From a virus: 64,000 bases of DNA. Below the pieces are notes generated by a model. The model made no database searches. It was not told the origin of the DNA and saw only the letters and a program-made list of their open reading frames with translations. Location: positions 58,943 through 122,942 of the IMG/VR virus record IMGVR_UViG_3300030333_008604, one strand, 5' to 3'. The first letter of the stretch is position 1. Every line of letters begins with the position of its first letter. This document shows, piece after piece, positions 1 to 9,744 of the stretch. The position numbers and the translations under genes were made by a program.

Positions 1-20
1 TGTGGAGGTTTTTTGTCAAA

Positions 21-3000
21 ATGAAAGGTGAACTTTCGACGTTCACTAAAAGTGGCAAGCAAAATGGTCCTTTTGGGCTACCGGAGGCGGTCAACACCTA
101 CGGGCAGGATATTTTTACAAAAGTCTGGCCTTTGGACACAAAATTGAAAGATATATATCCCGGGATACATCCAACCAAGATAACTCATCGTCCAAATAAT
201 GGCGTCGCGACATCTCGCTGGGCTTTGGGTTGGCATGGCATGTTCTCTCGATTTATAGGCATTGGAGGCATGAAGGGCGATACTGTTGCGGATAAGTGGG
301 ATGACGAAGACCTGACTGGCAACATTGACCTTGAACGGTTCAAGCAGGGCGCCAACGGAGCTTTCGGAATTAACCCTATTGCATACATTACAATGGAACA
401 CGATGAAGCCTCCCTCGGCGTCAGCGGCACTAATTTCGGAGACCGCAAATCTTATGATCTGCTTGGGGTGCCTTGGAGCGAAGATCTTTTTGACGAAGGG
501 TATGACACTCTAGACAACCGGCCGGTTGTCCACTCTAAATCAGGCGATCGTTTTTGGTCCGACGGTTTAATTTTCTTACTTGAAAAACTTAAAAGTTACC
601 CAGTAGGCACACACCTAATGGAAGTCTTCATGGATCTAACAGTCGCAGAGGCCACAGGCTTAACACATGAAAGAATATCTAGACTTTATCCAAACTGGCC
701 CTCAATTAATACTCTCGTCGGCGGCACCGGCGGAGTAGTTTTTGCTAATCACCACTCTTATCCAGCAGATAAGGATCATGAAAGCTGGAGACAGCTCTCC
801 TCGGACGATGAAGCTCGCGGCGGGTTCGGCCCGTGGCATCAAGGAATTAAGCCAATGTTTATTGCGTTTGAGGTGCCATTTAGAAATTTAGATAGCCCTC
901 TTGAAGACGCTCAAGGCGTCCTAGACACAATGACGATGGACAACCAGCCTATTAACAAGCAGTTGTATGAGTATTTAAATGTTATAAACGACGGCGATGA
1001 TTTGTTTCAAAAATCTTTAGGCTTTAAGAAAAGCCCAGGTCGAACCGATATTCAGCAGGACGCCGCGCGTATTGAAAGAAATCATAACTTTAATCCAAAT
1101 ATATTAAGCTATCCCATGAACTATACCTCTTTCTTGGGATCTAGCACACAAAGTAAAGAACTCCTTGCGTCAAATGCAATTACAGAGATTTTTTCTTCTC
1201 CATCAATTTCGGGACAGCCCTCTTTTGACGCTATTGCCTCTTTGGCTGACGAGCTTTCTGCCACTCAGCTAGATAGGATGCTTATTTATCAAAATCGCCT
1301 GGTACCAAAAGAAAAGACCTACAATCAACTCTTAGGCAGTTTGCGTGACGATTCGATGCTAGTAAAAGGAAAAATTGCGCCAGACGATAGCGCCTACGGG
1401 AAAAACGAAGGTAATTCGTCTTATTCTTCATACCCAATAAGATTTTCTGAAAAAATTAGAGATTCAATTTATAATTTTGATTTACTTGGAAGCAAGCTAG
1501 ATGCAGATGTTCTTGAATTGCTTGATTCGATGTCGCTCTCTAACTCAGAAATGGTGCACGATTCTAACAAAGAGTTATATAATTCTTACTTGTACGGGGA
1601 TAGCAGTTGGGCTCAACAGGGAAAACATTACGACGACATCATACCAGCCGGCATGCCGCATCACACCGCCGTCGGCCAAGGTTCAAAAATACACAAAAGT
1701 CTGTGGTGGCCCACAACTGATCCTGCTGATATAGGACTCTTCGATAGCCCCCTCTCCTATGCCAAGGAAAATTACAATTTTAAAGCTCATATTTTTGGAA
1801 AATTTTTAACAGAAAAACTTTTTCAATTTATTGATAATCATCCTCCTATAGATGGGGATGATCAAGACAACCCAAAATACATACGTAATCCGACTGAGAT
1901 GACAGTCGGCAAAAACACTTTCAAGAACAGGATAATGTATCTTCTGTCTACCCACGGCTATTCAGCCTTACAGTACGCATATTCATCACGCGCTTTTTCA
2001 AAAGTCGCCAACTCAAGGTTACATAAAAGAAAGCACATGAAGATGTTGTGGAAAGCAATTCTTAAAACGCCACTAAACACTAGTATTGATCCTCGTTGCA
2101 CGACAAAGTTTAAGCAACTAGGAATTACCCCCGCCCCCGGCGAAGGCGAAATTGAAACTGATTTTTGGAATATAGAGGCAGTAAAAACTTCGATTCTGGA
2201 ATATTATGAAAAATCTGTATGTAGAGACATATACGATGGTCAAGCTAATGCGATTAATGCAACGCAACGCTCGCTTCTAGAAGGCGCTCTTCAAATGCTG
2301 GTGCGAATATATGTTTTGGAAGTTTGTTTGGCCGGCGTTGTGACTTGGGAAGCGTTTGATATTGGCGACCTGTTTAAAGAAAAAATAATGAAGCAAGTTG
2401 TTGTCGCGCACATGCAAGAAGAAATTGGCGCAGACCAGTTTGATTTCTTTGTACAGTTTTTCGACAGTGCGCTCAAGAAAAAAGAAAATATTGATGTTTT
2501 GGTAAAATATTTGAGCGATAACAATATTAGTTCTTTAGAGTATGTTATAGAAAAAGAAGCCGAGTCAATTGGTTCAATAATTTCCACTTTGTTTACAAAC
2601 CCTTCGGTAAAGCCACTGTCGACAGGCATGTCGTTAAAGACTGTCAATGCTAGATCTCCAGATCTTTCTGAAACCTTGGCAGACATGTACGATCAGCCGC
2701 TCTTTCAATCATCAAATTTTAACTTTTATAACAGCAATAAAGAAAACATATTTAATACTCTCCATGGTTCTGGCGGTGATTATGATGATGCACCATACAC
2801 TCAGAGAAACGACTTTGATGAAAACTTCCTCAAGCCTGTTGAGGATGCTAACAATCGAGGCGAGTATTGGGGCGCCAAGCGCAGAGCTACTGCTTTGAAA
2901 ATAGGACAAAATGCTGCAGCAGCTTCCTCAAACCCATGGAACAGCGATTACGTTGTTGATGTTAATTTAACTAACAACATATACACTCTCTGCAACAATA

Positions 3001-5597
3001 ATAATAATTTTTATGCGCCATACTATGATGCTTCGGATGCCGTCGCACTAGACGGAAATATTTTTGGAAACGGCACACTTGATTTAAATCAAACAAATTA
3101 TTTTCAATCCATACCGTACGGCTATTATGGAAAAGAAAGTAACGACAAATCAGGTTTGCCTTTCGGAGATTTTCGATCTTTAGGCCCATGGGACCATCAA
3201 AAGGGCAAGTATAATTTTAACCACCCAGATTTTAATCATCCCGGCGAACTCTATGCAAAAACTCTTCAACATGTTGATAAATTCCGGCTAGCCGGAAGTG
3301 AGAGTGACATAGACGGCCTAGGCGTCTCACAAGACAGACCGATTATGGAACCATATAATCTTACGTTTGACGGCGAGGGGACATCCGGAGGTTTTTCGTG
3401 GGACGATTATTCAGATGGAGGTGATTGGCACAAAGTTAAGTCGATTCAAAAAGCGCATCGTGCAATTAGCAGTGATCCTTTCGCTTTTGAACAGTGTCCC
3501 CACCTAACATTCCGCAATAACTTGAATGCAAAAGTAGGAAATATTCTTTTTCAAACATATGTTTTTATTGAAGATGCTGATGCAAGCGATAGAGAAAATA
3601 TATACATTACAGTTGATGAAGAAACTGTCTCCTGTTCACCAACACCAGGCGGTACTCCTTTAACTGATATTTTAGGCTCTGATCCGTTTTTAGATTTCGC
3701 TCGCCGCGGCCGCACAAACTTACCTGGCCGCGACGGCACTGCGGAAGATCGCCAAGGCGACCGCGGCAATGCATCCCCCAAGCCAAGGACAGGTCCTCAC
3801 ATATTTGGATATGTTCCAATCCCGGTCTGGAGTCATTTTTATAATCATATTGTTATGCCTGTTATAAATTCTAATAGTGTCTACAAGGCTGTTTTTCAAA
3901 AATATGGCCTCAGTCCATTCTTCAGAAAAATAAAATATGGAATTAGAATGACGTATACGTGTCACTACCCTGTGATCCCGCGCGGCAAAGGCTATTCGAC
4001 TGATACTGATTATTCTTATGATCCAATTCAAGAGGTTGATTTTAAACTTGATGAAGATGGCGAAGAGACAGCTCAATGGAATCCCGCCGTAGACCATGGC
4101 GATGTAAATTATGTTCATAATATGGCTAAACTTTGCGGCCAGGACGTATTGGAGAGAACAAAGAGCATTTTACAGACAGCGCCATATGTTTTACACGCAG
4201 ATGAAGATTCTGATCAACTAGATGGCACTTCGGTTATTCCGATGATGCACGAAATGCACATTCCAATCCATCAAGTGGAGAAAGAGATTATTTTAACCCC
4301 CAATGGCGTGCACCTTGAAGACGGGCTACGCGTTCCTTATCTGAGTGTTGATGGTAAGGCTACTGCATATGGGCACATGCCGGGTGTTAAGATGTTTGGC
4401 AGCGCTCCTTTCCAATTTGTAAGCCCAATTAGCGAATTTCAAAGCTCTGCCACCAAAGGCCACCAGCAGACGCTCATAAAAACACCCGCACAGTTTTTCT
4501 ATCGTTTCGTTGCGCAAGATTTACTGCAGGAAATGCAGAATTCTGCAGAATTTAAGCTGATGTTTGATTATTTATTCCCTCAACGTAGGTATATGGCGCT
4601 AGCCTTCTTATTCTCTAGTGATCTTCTAATCAAGTGGATACCGGACCAGAAAAATCTCTTGAAAAAGACAAAAAGAGGACTAATGCAATCGATTGAAGGA
4701 ATTATAGCGGCCCAAGATGGCACATATCAGCCTCCTTTTAACCCAATTGCAGCAGATATGATAGCAAATCAAACAGGTACCCGAGGCCTAGACGTTCCAG
4801 AAGAAGAAATCGACATATTAAAGATAATACTCCGCACCCCTCTTTTGATTTTAAAGGGTTTTGTAGAAATTACAGATCCTGCAATTATGATTGCTAAGCT
4901 TATAATTGATATTGCGAATGCCATCCAGCAAGCGGTAGTCATGGCTATCGAATCTGGAGTGAACATGGCCATTCAAGGCCTTGATGGTTCAATTATGGCT
5001 GCTGAGCAGGCGAAAGTAACAATGACCACTCAAATGGCCATCGGCGGATCCGCAATGCAGGGTGCTGCGGCCATGTTGCCAGAAGAAGTATCAGCCGGCG
5101 TTAAAGTTGAGACTGATTCTCCAAATGCCGCGAACTGGGTCTTTGAAGTAAATCAAGATGAGATGGATGATGAAATTTTCCCCCTTCCAGAAGACGAGCA
5201 GGCTGCTTTAGACAACATATCTCAGTCAGCCCAAGACATGACCACGCTGGTGCAAGCATTCAAAGATCTAGATGAAAGCCTTGATGCGCTTCGGGAACAA
5301 AAGAAAGATCTTGAAGATTACAGAGACGGAGAGCTGGCAGATGCAAAAGACGAACTAAATAAAACTTTACAGTCTCCGTATGCTCTGCCTTCATTGTGGG
5401 CTGCAATGATGCCTTCTTGGGTGCCTTATTATGGCGGCCTACCTCCTGTCAATCCGCTCATTACAGGCTGGGGCCCTCCAGGCACCATTCCTGGTTATAT
5501 ATATCTTGCGCTACTACTTATGGATATATGGGAAGATAAACTTCACGATGACATTACAAACGCCAAAAACGGCCCTAATTGCGAGGAGGTATTATAA
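21..5597 (+). CDS. Giant hypothetical virion/baseplate-region protein, probably 5'-truncated by the window edge
   Basis: 1858-aa ORF directly abutting gp25. The frame is open back to position 3, so the real start may lie outside the window. Predicted coiled-coil and hydrophobic C-terminus; no recognisable catalytic motif. Confidence 0.7.
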   Translation: MKGELSTFTKSGKQNGPFGLPEAVNTYGQDIFTKVWPLDTKLKDIYPGIHPTKITHRPNNGVATSRWALGWHGMFSRFIGIGGMKGDTVADKWDDEDLTGNIDLERFKQGANGAFGINPIAYITMEHDEASLGVSGTNFGDRKSYDLLGVPWSEDLFDEGYDTLDNRPVVHSKSGDRFWSDGLIFLLEKLKSYPVGTHLMEVFMDLTVAEATGLTHERISRLYPNWPSINTLVGGTGGVVFANHHSYPADKDHESWRQLSSDDEARGGFGPWHQGIKPMFIAFEVPFRNLDSPLEDAQGVLDTMTMDNQPINKQLYEYLNVINDGDDLFQKSLGFKKSPGRTDIQQDAARIERNHNFNPNILSYPMNYTSFLGSSTQSKELLASNAITEIFSSPSISGQPSFDAIASLADELSATQLDRMLIYQNRLVPKEKTYNQLLGSLRDDSMLVKGKIAPDDSAYGKNEGNSSYSSYPIRFSEKIRDSIYNFDLLGSKLDADVLELLDSMSLSNSEMVHDSNKELYNSYLYGDSSWAQQGKHYDDIIPAGMPHHTAVGQGSKIHKSLWWPTTDPADIGLFDSPLSYAKENYNFKAHIFGKFLTEKLFQFIDNHPPIDGDDQDNPKYIRNPTEMTVGKNTFKNRIMYLLSTHGYSALQYAYSSRAFSKVANSRLHKRKHMKMLWKAILKTPLNTSIDPRCTTKFKQLGITPAPGEGEIETDFWNIEAVKTSILEYYEKSVCRDIYDGQANAINATQRSLLEGALQMLVRIYVLEVCLAGVVTWEAFDIGDLFKEKIMKQVVVAHMQEEIGADQFDFFVQFFDSALKKKENIDVLVKYLSDNNISSLEYVIEKEAESIGSIISTLFTNPSVKPLSTGMSLKTVNARSPDLSETLADMYDQPLFQSSNFNFYNSNKENIFNTLHGSGGDYDDAPYTQRNDFDENFLKPVEDANNRGEYWGAKRRATALKIGQNAAAASSNPWNSDYVVDVNLTNNIYTLCNNNNNFYAPYYDASDAVALDGNIFGNGTLDLNQTNYFQSIPYGYYGKESNDKSGLPFGDFRSLGPWDHQKGKYNFNHPDFNHPGELYAKTLQHVDKFRLAGSESDIDGLGVSQDRPIMEPYNLTFDGEGTSGGFSWDDYSDGGDWHKVKSIQKAHRAISSDPFAFEQCPHLTFRNNLNAKVGNILFQTYVFIEDADASDRENIYITVDEETVSCSPTPGGTPLTDILGSDPFLDFARRGRTNLPGRDGTAEDRQGDRGNASPKPRTGPHIFGYVPIPVWSHFYNHIVMPVINSNSVYKAVFQKYGLSPFFRKIKYGIRMTYTCHYPVIPRGKGYSTDTDYSYDPIQEVDFKLDEDGEETAQWNPAVDHGDVNYVHNMAKLCGQDVLERTKSILQTAPYVLHADEDSDQLDGTSVIPMMHEMHIPIHQVEKEIILTPNGVHLEDGLRVPYLSVDGKATAYGHMPGVKMFGSAPFQFVSPISEFQSSATKGHQQTLIKTPAQFFYRFVAQDLLQEMQNSAEFKLMFDYLFPQRRYMALAFLFSSDLLIKWIPDQKNLLKKTKRGLMQSIEGIIAAQDGTYQPPFNPIAADMIANQTGTRGLDVPEEEIDILKIILRTPLLILKGFVEITDPAIMIAKLIIDIANAIQQAVVMAIESGVNMAIQGLDGSIMAAEQAKVTMTTQMAIGGSAMQGAAAMLPEEVSAGVKVETDSPNAANWVFEVNQDEMDDEIFPLPEDEQAALDNISQSAQDMTTLVQAFKDLDESLDALREQKKDLEDYRDGELADAKDELNKTLQSPYALPSLWAAMMPSWVPYYGGLPPVNPLITGWGPPGTIPGYIYLALLLMDIWEDKLHDDITNAKNGPNCEEVL

Positions 5598-5996
5598 ATG
5601 GAGGGAATTGGAGCACGCCTACCACTAACTAGAAGCACAGAATATGGTGTTTATGACTTGGTGACCTCTTATCATGAGGAAGTAAGACAGAATTTTAAAA
5701 ATCTCTTATTGACATCCCCCGGCGAACGAATTATGAACCCTTCCTTTGGTGTTGGAGTGCGAAGGTTTTTGTTTGAGCAACGAGATGAGATATTACCATC
5801 GCTTCATTCGCGCATCGAGGAGCAGGTCGAAACTTACATGCCGTATATAACCGTAAACAACATTATTTTTGATCACGATAACCCAAATCCTAGCGAGCTT
5901 GTTGATAGGCATATCGTGTCGGTTTCCATTGAATATGAGATTCCAGATTTTAATTTATCTTCTTCTATAACAATTACTACAAGTGGGATAACATAG
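5598..5996 (+). CDS. gp25: Baseplate wedge subunit, gp25/GPW family
   Basis: NLLLTSPGERIMNPSFGVGVRRFLFE is the gp25 family signature; 132 aa; precedes a gp6-like gene. Confidence 0.92.
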   Translation: MEGIGARLPLTRSTEYGVYDLVTSYHEEVRQNFKNLLLTSPGERIMNPSFGVGVRRFLFEQRDEILPSLHSRIEEQVETYMPYITVNNIIFDHDNPNPSELVDRHIVSVSIEYEIPDFNLSSSITITTSGIT

Positions 5997-5997
5997 C

Positions 5998-7794
5998 ATG
6001 GCAAAGGATAGTAAAAAATTAATACGATACACAAACAGAGATTTTGATAGTATTAAAGACGGCTTACTTCAGTATGCTAAAAGATATTATCCAAATGTCC
6101 ATAAAGACTTTTCAGAGGCATCGTTTGGATCGATGATGCTGGACACCGTAGCCTATGTTGGGGATGTTCTTTCTTTTTATCTAGACTATCAAGCCAACGA
6201 ATCGTTTGTCGATACTGCGATAGAATATGATAATGTATTGAGGTTAGGTCAACAGGTTGGATACAAAGAGGCCCTTCGCGCAAACGCGTTTGGTCTAGTT
6301 TCATTATATGTATTGGTGCCTTCTGATCCGGTAGGCACCGGTCCCGATTCAAACTATATACCAATTTTAGCAAAAGACACAAAAGTATCAACTCCGGGCG
6401 GCAACATCTTTACTTTAATTGAAAATGTAGATTTTTCTAATCCTAACAATGAGGTTGTGGTCGCAACTAGCGACTCAGACGATGGCTCACCCACTTCTTT
6501 TGCGATTAAGGCTTACGGAAAAGTAATGTCTGGAGAATTAAAAGAAGAGTTTTACACAGTTGGGGATTTTGCAAGATTTTTAAATGTTCCCTTGGGAGAC
6601 GCAAACATAACAGAAGTGGTGTCGGTGACAGACACCGAGGGGCACGAATATTTTGAAGTGCCGTATTTGTCTCAAGACACTGTTTTTCGAAGTGTCGTAA
6701 ACAAGGATAGCAACACCAGAGAGCGCGTACCAAGCGTTCTGGTTGCAACGTCAGTCCCGCGACGATACACTGTCTTTGTCGAGTCAGGTCGCACTAATCT
6801 TAAGTTTGGATATGGCTCAGAATCTTCCTTAAAGTCTGATTTAATGACTCACCCTTCTAATGTTGTTTTAAAAATGCATGGTCGTGATTATGAAACAGAC
6901 AACTCCTTTGATCCATCAAAACTACTAGAGAGCGACAAGTTTGGAATCGCTCCAGCCAACACGACCTTAAGGATTGTTTATCGGTCTAATACAAATAAAA
7001 AAGCGAACGCCCCGGTGAAAACTTTAACGAATATCAGCAACACTTTATTGATTTTTGGCGACCAAGCAACAAACCAAACAAAAGTTAACTTTGTAAAAGA
7101 TAGCCTGGAGTGTATTAACGAGGAACCAGTCGTTGGAGACGTCTCTCCCCCTTCTCTTGAAGAATTAAGGCAGCGCGTAAACGATACTTTTGCAACCCAA
7201 AACAGGGCAGTTACTGCTGACGATTATATTGCACTGGTTTATAGAATGCCCGGACAGTTTGGTAAAATTAAAAGAGCAAAATTAATCCGCGATCACGACT
7301 CTTTTAAGAAAAATTTGAATCTGTATGTTGTTTCGGAAGATTCGGAGCAAAATTTAATTCAGAGTAGCACAATATTAAAAAACAATATCAAAACTTGGAT
7401 TAACCAATATAGAATGATTAATGATACAGTGGATATTCTGGATGCTCGAATATTTAATATTGGTATAAATTTCACCGCGGTTGTAAATTACGACCAGGAA
7501 AAGTTTGAAGCACTGAACATCGCACTGACAACCCTGCAAGAGATGTTCGTTGAGAAGTTTGATGTTGGCCAACCAATATACATCACCAAAATATATGATG
7601 TTTTAAACCAGCTTGATGAAATAGTTGACGTTGTGGACGTTGAGATTGTCAACAAGACCGGTGGTTTGTATTCAGATAACAGTTTGGATTTAAATCACTT
7701 TACTTCTGCTGACGGTCGCATACTTTATGCTCCCGAGAATGCTATTTATGAGTTTAAATATCCAGATTTAGATTTTCAAGGAACCATAAGATAA
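5998..7794 (+). CDS. gp6: Baseplate wedge protein, T4 gp6 / baseplate J-like
   Basis: N-terminal RDFDSIK...DFSEASFGSMMLD...YLDYQANESF and C-terminal QNRAVTADDY motifs; follows gp25. Confidence 0.88.
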   Translation: MAKDSKKLIRYTNRDFDSIKDGLLQYAKRYYPNVHKDFSEASFGSMMLDTVAYVGDVLSFYLDYQANESFVDTAIEYDNVLRLGQQVGYKEALRANAFGLVSLYVLVPSDPVGTGPDSNYIPILAKDTKVSTPGGNIFTLIENVDFSNPNNEVVVATSDSDDGSPTSFAIKAYGKVMSGELKEEFYTVGDFARFLNVPLGDANITEVVSVTDTEGHEYFEVPYLSQDTVFRSVVNKDSNTRERVPSVLVATSVPRRYTVFVESGRTNLKFGYGSESSLKSDLMTHPSNVVLKMHGRDYETDNSFDPSKLLESDKFGIAPANTTLRIVYRSNTNKKANAPVKTLTNISNTLLIFGDQATNQTKVNFVKDSLECINEEPVVGDVSPPSLEELRQRVNDTFATQNRAVTADDYIALVYRMPGQFGKIKRAKLIRDHDSFKKNLNLYVVSEDSEQNLIQSSTILKNNIKTWINQYRMINDTVDILDARIFNIGINFTAVVNYDQEKFEALNIALTTLQEMFVEKFDVGQPIYITKIYDVLNQLDEIVDVVDVEIVNKTGGLYSDNSLDLNHFTSADGRILYAPENAIYEFKYPDLDFQGTIR

Positions 7795-9722
7795 TGGGTA
7801 TTAAAAAATATTATGCCATACGAGACAACACGATTACAAATGCGTTTGATTTAAATCTTGCAACCCGCGGGACAGGCTCGAACATGGGCGCTGCGGATAT
7901 TTTAGAAGTTTTTTCTATCTATGGGCAAAATACAACTTCATCGGCAGAGCTTTCGCGCGTTTTAATTCAGTTTCCTGTCACTTCTGCATCTGGAATCAAG
8001 GAAGACAGAGCAAGCGGCATCTTACCTGCATCTGGCAGTGTTAGTTTTTATTTAAGAATGTTTAACGCTCGACATTCTGAGCAACTGCCCTCTAAAGCTA
8101 AATTAAACATTCTAGCAGTTTCTTCTTCTTGGCAAGAAGGCTATGGCTTAGACATGGAAGGCTACAGCGACAAGACAAAAGGAACTATTGACGGCTCAAA
8201 TTGGATGCGCGCTCAACGAAACGATATTTCTGCGACTGGGAAGTTAATACTTCAAGGTGGTGCGAACAAAGCAACAATGCATAATCAAACTTTTACTTTG
8301 ACTGATACTGCTGGCACAAGCCAGGAGTTTACATTTACCATTTCCAACGATACGGTTACTGGTGGTACAATTGGCATGTCCAGCGACTCAAACACAACAG
8401 CTATCATAGATTCCATCAAGTCAGCAATCAATAACGTAACTTCTTTAAAAATAACTGCAGGAACTGCGGTACCAACAGGGGACGCAGATTCAGAAATGAC
8501 GCTCCCTTTGACACAAGACGACACAGGCATAGCTGGAAACACGGCGATAGATGTAAGCAGCGTTGCACATTTAACATCAGTGCCTTTTTCTGGAGGCCAT
8601 GGCCTTTGGGCCAAAGCCGGCGGCGATTATCACACATCTCGGGAAGAAGCTCACCACTCTGCAGTGATCTATTCTGCCGATTTTGAAGAAGGAACGGAAG
8701 ATCTTGAGATCGATGTTTCTGAGTTGGTTGAACAGTGGATAAAAGGCCCATCATCAACTGGAAAAGAAGATTACGGTTTTGGTATATTTTTAACATCTAG
8801 CCAAGAGGCTTATCAATCAAATGCAAGTAGTGCAGACGAGGACGAGATTCTTCACAATCCAGGAGGCTCGACAACATCATTCTATACTAAAAGATTCTTT
8901 TCAAGATCTAGTGAGTTCTTTTTCAAAAGACCTGTTATAGAAGCGCGTTGGGATTCTAGAGTGCTCGACGATAGAAATAATTTTTATGCTAGTAGTAATT
9001 TGCTGAGTACTGCAGACAACACCTACAAGCTCTACATGTACAACTATGTGCGTGGCGTTTTGAAAGATGTGCCAAGCTATGCATCCGGCGCGATATCTGT
9101 AAGAGTATACCCCAGCTCGAACGATGTACCTCAGGAGTATGAAGATGAAAGTAAATCAAATCATTTAGCTCAATTTACAGCCACAAAAGAATCCACAGGT
9201 ATATACTTTGCTGAGGTCAAGCTTGACACTACGTCTTCTGTCTTGCATGATGTCTGGTATAAAACTGCTGACATAGCGGTGCAATACAGGACCGGCTCTT
9301 TACCAGTCAAGACTCACTCCCCTTTGGTGTCCGACGATTATTCAGAGTATGCGTCAAAAATAACTAATTTAAAACCAAAGTACACCAACAAAGAGACAGC
9401 GAGATTTAGAGTTTTCACTCGACCTAGAAATCATGACTACACGGTGTATTCTGTCGCCTCAAAAGAAATAGATGGCGTAACCATACCTTCTGCCTCTTTT
9501 CAAATATTGAGAATGGTAGATAGAGAGACGATTATTGAGCATGGAACAGGTAGTAGCGATTATCATACTTACTTGTCTTATGACAATTCTGGTAGTTATT
9601 TTGATCTAGATATGAATATGCTTGAGAAAGGCTATATGTATGGCATCAAGCTGGCATATTATACTTCTGCCGGCTGGCGAGACCAAGAAGAGGTGTTTAA
9701 ATTTAGAGTGGAAGATAATTAA
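7794..9722 (+). CDS. Virion structural protein (baseplate region) with an inserted beta-rich module
   Basis: 642-aa ORF overlapping the gp6 stop (TAATG); S/T/G-rich; located in the baseplate operon. Confidence 0.7.
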   Translation: MGIKKYYAIRDNTITNAFDLNLATRGTGSNMGAADILEVFSIYGQNTTSSAELSRVLIQFPVTSASGIKEDRASGILPASGSVSFYLRMFNARHSEQLPSKAKLNILAVSSSWQEGYGLDMEGYSDKTKGTIDGSNWMRAQRNDISATGKLILQGGANKATMHNQTFTLTDTAGTSQEFTFTISNDTVTGGTIGMSSDSNTTAIIDSIKSAINNVTSLKITAGTAVPTGDADSEMTLPLTQDDTGIAGNTAIDVSSVAHLTSVPFSGGHGLWAKAGGDYHTSREEAHHSAVIYSADFEEGTEDLEIDVSELVEQWIKGPSSTGKEDYGFGIFLTSSQEAYQSNASSADEDEILHNPGGSTTSFYTKRFFSRSSEFFFKRPVIEARWDSRVLDDRNNFYASSNLLSTADNTYKLYMYNYVRGVLKDVPSYASGAISVRVYPSSNDVPQEYEDESKSNHLAQFTATKESTGIYFAEVKLDTTSSVLHDVWYKTADIAVQYRTGSLPVKTHSPLVSDDYSEYASKITNLKPKYTNKETARFRVFTRPRNHDYTVYSVASKEIDGVTIPSASFQILRMVDRETIIEHGTGSSDYHTYLSYDNSGSYFDLDMNMLEKGYMYGIKLAYYTSAGWRDQEEVFKFRVEDN

Positions 9723-9744
9723 ATAAGAATGCTGGGAACATACC

